Positions 45,291 through 54,184 of a stretch of 64,000 bases of DNA are shown in pieces. The notes below the pieces were generated by a model that was given only the letters and a program-made list of their open reading frames with translations, did not search any database and had not been told where the DNA came from. The translations under genes and the position numbers were made by a program. This stretch comes from Mycobacteriales bacterium (GTDB taxonomy: Bacteria; Actinomycetota; Actinomycetes; Mycobacteriales; CADCTP01). The stretch spans positions 2,631-66,630 of the forward strand of contig DATBFW010000203.1 of NCBI GenBank assembly GCA_036558285.1, in the 5' to 3' direction. Positions within the stretch are counted from its first letter, which is position 1; the number at the start of each line of letters is the position of its first letter.

Positions 45291-46292
45291 ATGGACTTCG
45301 CGCTGGTCTGGTTCACGCTGGTGACCCTGCTGTGGACCGGGTTCTTCGTGCTCGAGGGGTTCGACTTCGGCGTCGGCATGCTGCACCGGCTGGTCGGCCG
45401 CACGGACGACGAGCGGCGGCTGGCGGTGAGCTCGATCGGCCCGCTCTGGGACGGCAACGAGGTCTGGCTGATCGTCGCCGGCGCCTCGATGTTCGCCGCC
45501 TTCCCCGGCTGGTACGCGACGATGTTCTCCGGCTTCTACCCGGCGCTGATCGTGTTGCTGGCCGCGCTGATCGTCCGCGGCGTCGCGATCGAATACCGCG
45601 GGCACCGGGACTCGGCGCGCTGGCGGCGGAACTGGAGCATCCTGCTCACCGCGGGCAGCCTGCTCGCGCCGCTGCTGATCGGGGTCGCCCTCGGCGACCT
45701 GTTGCGCGGCGTGCCGATCGACTCGAACCAGGAGTACACCGGCGGCTTCGTCGACATACTCACCCCGTACGGGCTGTACGTGGGCGTGACGGTGACGGTG
45801 CTGGCCGCGCTGCACGGCTCGACGTTCCTGGCGCTGAAGGTGGCGGACCCGGTCCGCGGCCGCGCCCACTCCGTGTCGGTCGTGCTGGCTCCGGTCGCCG
45901 CAGCACTCGTGGTCGGCTTCGTGATCTGGACGCAGTCGCTGGCGTCGGGCTGGGTTCCCGGCGCCCTCCCGATCCTCGCCGCGGTCGGTGCGATCGCTGC
46001 CGCCATCCTTGTGCCCCTGCACCGGGAGGCCTGGGCGTTCACCGCGACCGCCGTCGCGCTGGGCGGAACGATCGCGGCCCTGTTCGTGGAGCTGTACCCG
46101 CGGGTGATGGTGTCGAGCACCAACTCGGCGTTCGACCTCACCGTGCAGAACACGTCCTCCTCGCCGTACGCGCTGAAGGTGATGACGATCGCGGCGGCGG
46201 TGTTCCTGCCGCTGGTGCTGCTCTACCAGGGGTGGACCTACTACGTGTTCCGGCGGCGGCTGACGCTGGCCGATGCCGGCGAGGGGCTCTGA
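45291..46292 (+). CDS. cydB: Cytochrome bd oxidase subunit II
   Basis: LEGFDFGVG, IGPLWDGNEVWL, YQGWTYYVFRRR. Confidence 0.97.
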   Translation: MDFALVWFTLVTLLWTGFFVLEGFDFGVGMLHRLVGRTDDERRLAVSSIGPLWDGNEVWLIVAGASMFAAFPGWYATMFSGFYPALIVLLAALIVRGVAIEYRGHRDSARWRRNWSILLTAGSLLAPLLIGVALGDLLRGVPIDSNQEYTGGFVDILTPYGLYVGVTVTVLAALHGSTFLALKVADPVRGRAHSVSVVLAPVAAALVVGFVIWTQSLASGWVPGALPILAAVGAIAAAILVPLHREAWAFTATAVALGGTIAALFVELYPRVMVSSTNSAFDLTVQNTSSSPYALKVMTIAAAVFLPLVLLYQGWTYYVFRRRLTLADAGEGL

Positions 46293-46295
46293 CCG

Positions 46296-47999
46296 GTGCG
46301 GGCACTCGACCCCAGGCTGCTGCGGCGGACCCGGGCCGCCCGGGTGGCGCTCGGCGTGGACGTCGTGCTCGGCCTCGCCGCGACCGCCTGCGTGCTGGGC
46401 CAGGCGGTGGTGGTGGCCGCGCTGGTCGCCGGGGCGTTCGATCGCCGGCCGGTCGTCGAGCAGGGGCGGCTGCTGGCCGTGCTGGTCGGCCTCGTCGTCG
46501 CCCGGGCCGCGCTCGCCGGCTCGGTCGAGTCGGTCGGGCGGTGGGCGGCCGGCCGGGTGATGTCCGACCTCCGGCGCGCGCTGGTCCGGCACCGGCTCCG
46601 CGCGCCCGTCGGCGGCACCCGCGGTGCCGCGGACGCGTCGGGCGACCCGGTCGAGAGCGGCGAGATCGCCACCGCGGCGGTCGCCGGGGTGGACGCGCTC
46701 GAGGTCTACCTGGCCCGCTACCTGCCGCAGGTCGTGCTGGCGGTCGCGGTGCCGGTCGCGGTCCTGGCCGTCACGCTGGCGATCGACCCGACCTCCGCGG
46801 CGATCATGCTCGTCACGCTGCCGGCGATCCCGATGCTGATGGCGCTCGTCGGCCGGTTCTCCGAGGAGCGGGCCCGGGCCCGCTGGCAGGCGCTGTCCCG
46901 GCTGTCGAACCACGTCCTCGACGTGGTCCGCGGGCTGCCGACGCTGCGCGCGTACAACCGCGCCGAGGCGCAGGCGGACCTGGTCGGGGCGAGCGCCGAG
47001 CAGTACCGGCTGACCACCATGCAGGTGCTGCGGGTGTCGTTCCTGTCCGGCGCTGTGCTCGACCTGGCCGCGACGATCGGCACCGCGCTGGTCGCGGTCA
47101 CCCTCGGGGTCCGGGTGATCGACGGCGACCTCGGCCTGCAAGCGGCGCTCACCGTGCTGCTGCTCACCCCGGAGCTGTACGCGCCGATCCGCTCACTGGG
47201 CGCGCAGTATCACGCCAGCGTCGACGGGCTGGCCGCGGCCGAGCGCATCCTCGACCTGCTCGGGCCGGCAGCGCCGGCGGCCGAGACGACCGGCCGCTGC
47301 CCGGACTGGCAGGAGATCAGGCTGACCGGCGTCACCGTGGCCCGGCCCGGCCGGCCCGCTCCCGTGCTGCACGATCTCGACCTGCGGCTGCGGCGGGGTG
47401 AGGTGGTCGCACTGGTCGGGCCGAGCGGGGTGGGCAAGAGCACGGTGGCCGCCGTGCTGCTGGGACTGTGCCGACCGGACCGGGGCCGGGTCACCGTCGG
47501 CGGCGAGGACCTCGGCGTCCTCGACCCGGACTGGTGGCACCGGCAGGTCGGCTGGCTGCCGCAGCGGCCGACGATGTTCCGCGGCACCATCCGGGACAAC
47601 ATCGCCCTCGGCGACCCGCACGCGTCGCCCGAGCGGGTGGCCGAGGCGGCGCGGCTGGCCGGCGTCGACGGGTTCGTCGCCGAGCTCCGCCTCGGTTACG
47701 ACACCCGGATCGGTGCCGGCGGGCGCGGTCTGTCGGCCGGCGAGCAGCGGCGCATCGCGCTGGCCCGGGCGTTGCTGCGGGACGCGCCGCTGCTGGTGCT
47801 CGACGAGCCGACGGCCAACCTCGACCCGGAGACCGCCGCCGTCGTGTCCGCCGCGATCGCGCGGGTGGCGCCGGGGCGGGCCGTGCTGGTCGTCGAGCAC
47901 CGCCCGGACCTCGTCCCGGCCGATCGCACGGTCGTGCTCGGTCCGGCCGAGGCTCCCGTCGAGGCGCCCGCGCCCGGCCGGCCGGTGACCGTCCGATGA
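46296..47999 (+). CDS. cydD: Heme/thiol ABC exporter subunit CydD
   Basis: YLARYLPQ, GPSGVGKS, LSAGEQRRIALARA, LDEPTA. Confidence 0.93.
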   Translation: MRALDPRLLRRTRAARVALGVDVVLGLAATACVLGQAVVVAALVAGAFDRRPVVEQGRLLAVLVGLVVARAALAGSVESVGRWAAGRVMSDLRRALVRHRLRAPVGGTRGAADASGDPVESGEIATAAVAGVDALEVYLARYLPQVVLAVAVPVAVLAVTLAIDPTSAAIMLVTLPAIPMLMALVGRFSEERARARWQALSRLSNHVLDVVRGLPTLRAYNRAEAQADLVGASAEQYRLTTMQVLRVSFLSGAVLDLAATIGTALVAVTLGVRVIDGDLGLQAALTVLLLTPELYAPIRSLGAQYHASVDGLAAAERILDLLGPAAPAAETTGRCPDWQEIRLTGVTVARPGRPAPVLHDLDLRLRRGEVVALVGPSGVGKSTVAAVLLGLCRPDRGRVTVGGEDLGVLDPDWWHRQVGWLPQRPTMFRGTIRDNIALGDPHASPERVAEAARLAGVDGFVAELRLGYDTRIGAGGRGLSAGEQRRIALARALLRDAPLLVLDEPTANLDPETAAVVSAAIARVAPGRAVLVVEHRPDLVPADRTVVLGPAEAPVEAPAPGRPVTVR

Positions 48000-49663
48000 G
48001 GACGCTCGTCCGGCTGGTGCGGCTGGCCAGGCCGCCGGTCGGCCGGCTGCTGCTGTCGGTGCTGCTGGGCGCGGCCGCGGTGCTCGCCGGCGTCGGGCTG
48101 ATGACGCTGGCCGGCTACCTGATCTCGCGGTGCGCCGAGCACCCGCCGGTGCTGTCCCTGACGGTCGTCATAGTCGGCGTGCGGGCGTTCGGGATCGCCC
48201 GGCCGGTCGCCCGGTATGCCGAGCGGCTCGTCTCGCACGACCTCGCGTTCCGGGTGCTGGCCCGGACCAGGGTGACCGCCGTCCGGCAGCTGGCCGTGCG
48301 GCTTCCGGACCGGGCCGGCCGGGACCGCGACGGCGACCTGCTGGCCCGGCTGGTCGGCGACATCGACGCGACCCAGAACCTGTTCCTGCGCGGGCTCTCG
48401 CCACCGCTGGTCGCGCTGCTGAGTGGGGCGGCGTCGGTCGCCGCGGCGGCTTTGCTGCTCCCGTCCGCCGGGCTGGTGCTGGCCGCCGGGCTGCTCGCCG
48501 GCGGCGTCCTGGTGCCGGCGCTGGCGGCCGCCGCAGGCCGCAGCGGCCGGCGCCGGGCCACGGTCCGGGCCGAGCTCACCGCCGAGCTGGTCGAGCTGAT
48601 CGGCGGCGCGCCCGAGCTGGTGGTGCACGGTGCCGACCGGGCCGCCCTCGACCGGGTCGAGCGCCTGGACGGCGAGCTGGTCCGGCTCGGCCGCCGGGAC
48701 GCCGTCGCGGCCGGCCTGGTCGACGGCCTGGCACTGCTGGTGTCCGGGCTCACCGTCGCCGGCGTGCTGGCCGCCTGCGTGCACGCGGCCGGCGACGGGC
48801 GGCTGGACCGGGTCCTGGTCGCCGCGGTCACGCTGCTCGCCGCCGCGGCCTTCGAGGCCGTCGTCCCGCTGCCGGTGACCGCGCTCAGCCTGCGGGCCAC
48901 GCTCGAGTCCGGGCGGCGGCTGCTGGAGGTGGCCGACCGTCCGCCCGCGGTCCGCGACCCGGCCGTGCCCGCCGCCGTGCCGGCAACCGGGCCGCTGGAG
49001 CTCGACGGCGTGTCCCTGCGCCCGGACGACAGCGACGGCTGGGGGCTGCGCGGCGCCGAGCTCTCGCTGGCGCCGGGGCGGCACCTTGCCCTGCTCGGCC
49101 GGTCCGGCAGCGGCAAGACCACGATCGCCGAGCTGTTGGTCCGCTTCCTCGACCCGGACGGCGGGCGGGTCCGGCTGGCCGGTGCCGACCTGCCCACGCT
49201 GGCCCAGCGCGACCTGCGCGCCCGGGTCACGCTGGACCGGCAGGACGCATACCTGTTCGCCTCGACGATCCGGGAGAACGTGCGCCTGGCCCGGCCCGGA
49301 GCCGACGACGCCGCGGTCGAGGCGGCGTTGCGCCGGGCGGGACTGGGGGACTGGGTCGCCGGGTTGCCCGCCGGGCTGGACACCCCGGTGGGCGAGGACG
49401 GCGCCGCGGTGTCGGGCGGCGAGCGCCGCCGGCTGGCGCTGGCCCGGGCCTTCCTCGCCGACACCCCGGTGCTGGTGCTGGACGAGCCCACCGCGCACCT
49501 CGACCGTCCCACCGCGACGGCGCTGATGACCGACCTGATGTCCGCGACCGACGATCGCGCTGTGCTGCTCATCACCCACCGGAGCGAGGAGGCGGCGCTC
49601 ACCGACGGCGTGCTCCGGCTGCAGCGCGGACGGATCGTCGCCGAGCCTATCCGCGGCGGGTGA
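47996..49663 (+). CDS. cydC: Heme/thiol ABC exporter subunit CydC
   Basis: VRAFGIAR..ARYAERLVSHD, GRSGSGKT, VSGGERRRLA; ATGA coupling. Confidence 0.93.
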   Translation: MRTLVRLVRLARPPVGRLLLSVLLGAAAVLAGVGLMTLAGYLISRCAEHPPVLSLTVVIVGVRAFGIARPVARYAERLVSHDLAFRVLARTRVTAVRQLAVRLPDRAGRDRDGDLLARLVGDIDATQNLFLRGLSPPLVALLSGAASVAAAALLLPSAGLVLAAGLLAGGVLVPALAAAAGRSGRRRATVRAELTAELVELIGGAPELVVHGADRAALDRVERLDGELVRLGRRDAVAAGLVDGLALLVSGLTVAGVLAACVHAAGDGRLDRVLVAAVTLLAAAAFEAVVPLPVTALSLRATLESGRRLLEVADRPPAVRDPAVPAAVPATGPLELDGVSLRPDDSDGWGLRGAELSLAPGRHLALLGRSGSGKTTIAELLVRFLDPDGGRVRLAGADLPTLAQRDLRARVTLDRQDAYLFASTIRENVRLARPGADDAAVEAALRRAGLGDWVAGLPAGLDTPVGEDGAAVSGGERRRLALARAFLADTPVLVLDEPTAHLDRPTATALMTDLMSATDDRAVLLITHRSEEAALTDGVLRLQRGRIVAEPIRGG

Positions 49664-49665
49664 CG
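49647..49665. promoter_or_regulatory. Regulon box CTATCC-gcggc-GGGTGA(CG) upstream of the GMC operon, overlapping the cydC stop
   Basis: 16/19 identical to the cydA box; GAGCAT lies 23 nt downstream. Confidence 0.7.
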
Positions 49666-49739
49666 ACCCGGCCCGGTCGGGGATCCGAGCATGGCGGCAG
49701 GCCGGCCCCCCGCGAGTGGCCGACCGGACAGGAGGCGTC

Positions 49740-51323
49740 ATGACGACCGCGGTCGATCACTATGACGTGATCGTCATCGGCAGCGGAGCGGGCGGTGGCA
49801 CCCTCGCGCACCGACTCGCCCCGAGCGGGAAGCGGGTGCTGCTGCTGGAGCGGGGCGGCTACCTGCCGCGGGAGCGCGACAACTGGGACTCCGGCGAGGT
49901 CTTCGTCAAGGCGAAGTACCGCGCGCCCGAGTTCTGGTACGACCGGCACGGCAACGAGTTCCCGCCCGAGGTCAACTACTACGTCGGCGGGAACACGAAG
50001 TTCTACGGGGCGGCGCTGTTCCGGCTGCGCCCGGAGGACTTCGGCGAGCTGCAGCACCACGACGGGATCTCGCCGGCCTGGCCGATCGACTACGCCGACC
50101 TGGAGCCGTACTACACCGAGGCCGAGCACCTCTACCGGGTGCACGGCCGGCACGGGGAGGACCCGACCGAGGGCCCGTACGGGGCGGACTACGCGCACCC
50201 GCCGGTCGAGCACGAGCCGCGCATCCAGCAGCTGTCCGACGACATGGAGAAGCTCGGCCTGCGCCCGTTCCACCTGCCGATCGGGGTCGACCTCGACCAG
50301 GACGTGGACGGGTTCGCCAGCCGGGGCAGCGCGTGCATCCGCTGCGACCGGGTGGACGGGTTCCCCTGCCTGGTGCAGGCGAAGTCGGACGCGCAGGTGG
50401 TGTGCGTCGACCCGGCGGTGGCGAGCGGCGGAGTCGAGCTGCTGACCGGCGCGTACGTGGAGCGGCTGGAGACGGACCCGAGCGGCCGGTCCGTCAACGA
50501 GGTGGTCACCCGGATCGACGGGAACCCTGGGCCGGTCACGTTCAGCGCCGACGTCGTCGTGGTCTCCTGCGGCGCGGTGAACTCGGCCGCTCTGCTGCTG
50601 CGGTCCGCGACCGACGCCCACCCCAACGGCCTGGCCAACGGGTCGGACGTGGTCGGCCGCTACTACCTGCGGCACAACAACCTGGCGCTGATGGCGGTCT
50701 CCAAGGACCCGAACCCGACCCGGTTCCAGAAGACGCTGGCCCTGCACGACTGGTATTTCGGCGACGACGAGTGGCCGTACCCGCTCGGCGGCATCCAGAT
50801 GCTCGGCAAGTCCGACCTGGAGCAGATCAGGGCGGAGGCGCCGCGGTGGGCCGGCCGGGTCTCGCCGGGGATGCCGTTCGAGGTGCTCGCCCACCACGCG
50901 GTCGACTTCTGGCTCTGCGGCGAGGACCTGCCGGTGGAGACGAACCGGGTGACCCTGACCCAGGAGGGCGGGATCCAGCTGACCCTGGACGAGAAGCACA
51001 ACACCGCCGGGGTGATCCGGCTGCGCCACCACCTGCAGCAGCGGCTCGGCCGGCTGGGCATGCACGAGCACCTGCTCGAGCACAGCATCTACCTGCACAA
51101 GACCATGCCGATCGGGGCGACCGCGCACCAGGCGGGCACGGTGCGGTTCGGCACCGACCCGGCGACCTCCGCGCTCGACACCACCTGCAAGGCACACGAG
51201 CTGGACAACCTCTACGTGGTCGACACCAGCTTCTTCCCGAGCATCGGCGCGGTGAACCCGTCGCTCACGGCGATCGCGAACGCGTTGCGCGTCGGCGACC
51301 ACATCCGGGAGCGGATCTCGTAA
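49740..51323 (+). CDS. GMC-family flavoprotein oxidoreductase
   Basis: IGSGAGGG, VGGNTKFYGA, AHQAGTVRFG, VDTSFFPSIGAVNP. Confidence 0.93.
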   Translation: MTTAVDHYDVIVIGSGAGGGTLAHRLAPSGKRVLLLERGGYLPRERDNWDSGEVFVKAKYRAPEFWYDRHGNEFPPEVNYYVGGNTKFYGAALFRLRPEDFGELQHHDGISPAWPIDYADLEPYYTEAEHLYRVHGRHGEDPTEGPYGADYAHPPVEHEPRIQQLSDDMEKLGLRPFHLPIGVDLDQDVDGFASRGSACIRCDRVDGFPCLVQAKSDAQVVCVDPAVASGGVELLTGAYVERLETDPSGRSVNEVVTRIDGNPGPVTFSADVVVVSCGAVNSAALLLRSATDAHPNGLANGSDVVGRYYLRHNNLALMAVSKDPNPTRFQKTLALHDWYFGDDEWPYPLGGIQMLGKSDLEQIRAEAPRWAGRVSPGMPFEVLAHHAVDFWLCGEDLPVETNRVTLTQEGGIQLTLDEKHNTAGVIRLRHHLQQRLGRLGMHEHLLEHSIYLHKTMPIGATAHQAGTVRFGTDPATSALDTTCKAHELDNLYVVDTSFFPSIGAVNPSLTAIANALRVGDHIRERIS

Positions 51324-51334
51324 CGAGCGGAGGC

Positions 51335-52717
51335 ATGACCGTGACCGACCGAGTCGACGCCCTGGTGATCTTCGGTGCCACCGGCGACCTGGCCAAGCTG
51401 GAGACCTTCCCCGCGCTGGTGGGGCTGGTCGACCGGGGCGTGCTGGACGTCCCGGTGATCGGGGTCGCCAAGAGCGGCAAGGACCTCGAGCAGTTCCGGG
51501 CGTACGCGGAGGCGTCGCTGCGGCTGAACAAGATCGACCCGACCGGTACCGCGGCGGCGAAGATGCTCGGCCTGCTCGACTACGTCGACGGCGACCTCGA
51601 CGACGACGCGACGTACCAGGAGGTGGCGGCGAAGCTGGGCTCCGGCGCGAAGGTGCTGTTCTACCTGGAGGTGCCGCCGCCGCTGTTCGGCCGCATCGCC
51701 CGCGGCATCGGCGCGGCCGGGCTCGCCGCCGGGGCCAGGGTGATGGTGGAGAAGCCGTTCGGGACGGATCTGCGCAGCGCGCAGCAGCTGAACGCGACGC
51801 TGCACGAGATCTTCCCCGAGGACGCGGTCTACCGGGTCGACCACTGGCTCGGGCTCGAGGCGATCGAGAACGTCCTGTTCGGACGGTTCGCCAACACGAT
51901 CCTGGAGCCGCTGTTCAACCGGACGTACGTGGAGAGCATCCAGCTCACGATGGCCGAGGCGTTCGACGTCGCCGACCGGGGCCGGTTCTACGACCGCGCC
52001 GGCGCCGTCCGCGACGTGCTGCAGAACCACCTGCTCCAGGTGCTGGCGACGGCGACGGCGGAAGCACCGACCGGGACCGGCCTGGCCGCCTGGCGGGAGG
52101 CCAAGGACCAGCTGGTCAAGGGGCTGCGGCCGATGAGCCCGGCCAGCACCGTGTTCGGACAGTACGAGGGCTATCTCGACGTGGACGGGGTCGCGCCCGG
52201 GTCGACCACGGAGACGTTCGTGGCGACCCGGCTCTACCTGGACTCCTGGCGCTGGGCGGACGTCCCCATCCTCATCAGGGCGGGCAAGTGCATGCCGGTC
52301 ACGTCCACCGAGATCCAGGTCAGGTTCCGGCGGCCGCCGTACAACCTGTTCGGCCTCGAGCCGTTCGAGAACGTCAACTCGCTGCGCTTCCGCGTCTGGC
52401 CGGAGAGCAGGACCACGATCACGCTAGCCGGCCGGCACCCCGGGGTCGGGATGCGGGCCGCCCGGCGTGAGCTCGTCTTCGCCGAGGCGTCCGGTCCCGA
52501 CATGCGGCCGTACGACCGGCTCATCGGCGCGGCGCTGGACGGTGACCGATGGCTGTTCGCGCGCCAGGACACCGTCGAGACCGCGTGGACGGTGGTCGAT
52601 CCGGTGCTGGCCTCGGGCACGGTCGCCGTGCACCCCTATCCCCGGGGCAGCTGGGGACCCAAGCAAGCCGACTCGATCCTGCCGGACGGGGAAAGCTGGC
52701 ACGACCCGGTCGGCTGA
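51335..52717 (+). CDS. zwf: Glucose-6-phosphate dehydrogenase-like protein with variant substrate peptide
   Basis: GATGDLA, VEKPFG, RVDHWLGLE (canonical RIDHYLGKE), RDVLQNHLLQ, WRWADVP...RAGK. Confidence 0.85.
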   Translation: MTVTDRVDALVIFGATGDLAKLETFPALVGLVDRGVLDVPVIGVAKSGKDLEQFRAYAEASLRLNKIDPTGTAAAKMLGLLDYVDGDLDDDATYQEVAAKLGSGAKVLFYLEVPPPLFGRIARGIGAAGLAAGARVMVEKPFGTDLRSAQQLNATLHEIFPEDAVYRVDHWLGLEAIENVLFGRFANTILEPLFNRTYVESIQLTMAEAFDVADRGRFYDRAGAVRDVLQNHLLQVLATATAEAPTGTGLAAWREAKDQLVKGLRPMSPASTVFGQYEGYLDVDGVAPGSTTETFVATRLYLDSWRWADVPILIRAGKCMPVTSTEIQVRFRRPPYNLFGLEPFENVNSLRFRVWPESRTTITLAGRHPGVGMRAARRELVFAEASGPDMRPYDRLIGAALDGDRWLFARQDTVETAWTVVDPVLASGTVAVHPYPRGSWGPKQADSILPDGESWHDPVG

Positions 52718-52740
52718 CACACGCATACGGGAGGCAGAGG

Positions 52741-54156
52741 GTGAGTGACGATCGCACGCCCACCGCGGTGGTCGTGGGGGCCGGCTTCGCCGGCATCGGG
52801 GCCGCCCGCGAGCTGTCCAAGCACGGCGTGCGGGTGGTGCTGCTGGAGCGCAACGACTACCACCAGTTCCAGCCACTGCTCTACCAGGTCGCGACCGCGG
52901 AGCTGGCTCGCTCGGACGTCGCCGCCTCGCTGCGGACCTTGATGCGGCACCACGAGCTGGTCGACGTCAAGGCCGCCGACGTGGCGGCGGTGGACCCGGA
53001 GGCACGCACCGTGACCGCGGCCGACGGGACGACGTTCACCGGCGACTACCTGATCCTCGCCGCCGGCTCGCGGCCGAACTTCTTCGACACCTCCGGCGCC
53101 GACGAGCACTCGATCCCGCTGTACTCGATCAACGACGCCGAACGCCTGCGTACCAGGGTGTTCGCGGCGTTCGACGCCGCCGACCGGGACCCCTCGCTGG
53201 TCGACCGGGGCGTGATCCGGTTCGTCGTGGTCGGCGGTGGCCCGACCGGGGTCGAGGTGGCCGGTGCGCTGGCCGAGCTGATCCAGGACGTGCTGCCGCA
53301 CCAGTACCGGAGCCTGGCCGTGCGCTCGGCCAGCGTGCACCTGGTCGACCACGCGCACACCCTGCTCGGCCCGTTCTCCGACCGCGCGCACGACTACGCG
53401 GCGAAGGTGCTGCAGCGCAAGGGAGTGCGACTCCACCTCGGCACCGGCGTCGTCGAGATCACTCCGGACAAGGTCGTGCTCAGCGATGGCACCGTGCTCA
53501 CCACCCGCACGGTGATCTGGGCCGGCGGCGTGATGGCGGCCTCGCTGGCCGAGCGGACCGGACTGCCGCTCGGCCGCGGCGGGCGGATCGCGGTCGAGCA
53601 CGACCTCACCGTCGAGGACGTCCCCGGCGTGTACGCGGTGGGCGACGTCGCCAACGTGCCGGCGCCGGACGGGACTTCCTACCCGCAGCTTGGCTCGGTG
53701 GCCCTGCAGAGCGGGCAGTGGGCGGCCCGCAACGTTGTCGCCGACGTGCACGGGAAGTCCCGCAAGCCGTTCCACTACCACGACAAGGGGATCATGGCGA
53801 TGATCGGCCGCGGCGCCGCCGTCGCCGAGCTCGGCGAGCACCGGCACGAGCTGCACGGGCCGGTCGCGTTCGCGTCCTGGCTCGGCGTGCACGCGTACCT
53901 GATGAGCGGGGTCCGCAGCCGGGTGGACGCGTTCGTGTCCTGGGGCTGGGACTACTTCAGCACCAACCGCACGCCCGCGATCGTCGACCGGTCCGACGCC
54001 GGCCGCATCGACTGGGGCGACGAGGACGACGACGCCGACGACACCAAGGACGGGGATCCGCGGGCCGCCGGTGCCGACGGTCGGCCGGTCCCGGCCGACC
54101 CCGAGCCCGCGGACGACGACCACCGGCGCCAGCCGGATTCCATCCGGGCGCCGTAG
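52741..54156 (+). CDS. ndh: Type II NADH dehydrogenase
   Basis: VGAGFAG, HQFQPLLYQVAT, VVGGGPTGVEVAG, YHDKGIMAMIGR. Confidence 0.88.
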   Translation: MSDDRTPTAVVVGAGFAGIGAARELSKHGVRVVLLERNDYHQFQPLLYQVATAELARSDVAASLRTLMRHHELVDVKAADVAAVDPEARTVTAADGTTFTGDYLILAAGSRPNFFDTSGADEHSIPLYSINDAERLRTRVFAAFDAADRDPSLVDRGVIRFVVVGGGPTGVEVAGALAELIQDVLPHQYRSLAVRSASVHLVDHAHTLLGPFSDRAHDYAAKVLQRKGVRLHLGTGVVEITPDKVVLSDGTVLTTRTVIWAGGVMAASLAERTGLPLGRGGRIAVEHDLTVEDVPGVYAVGDVANVPAPDGTSYPQLGSVALQSGQWAARNVVADVHGKSRKPFHYHDKGIMAMIGRGAAVAELGEHRHELHGPVAFASWLGVHAYLMSGVRSRVDAFVSWGWDYFSTNRTPAIVDRSDAGRIDWGDEDDDADDTKDGDPRAAGADGRPVPADPEPADDDHRRQPDSIRAP

Positions 54157-54184
54157 CGCCTCCCACCGCACGAAAGGGCTCGCC

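Noticed and set aside
52635-52652. CTATCC half-site inside zwf
   Set aside because: It is explained by the conserved coding motif HPYPRGSWGP, and there is no matching right half.
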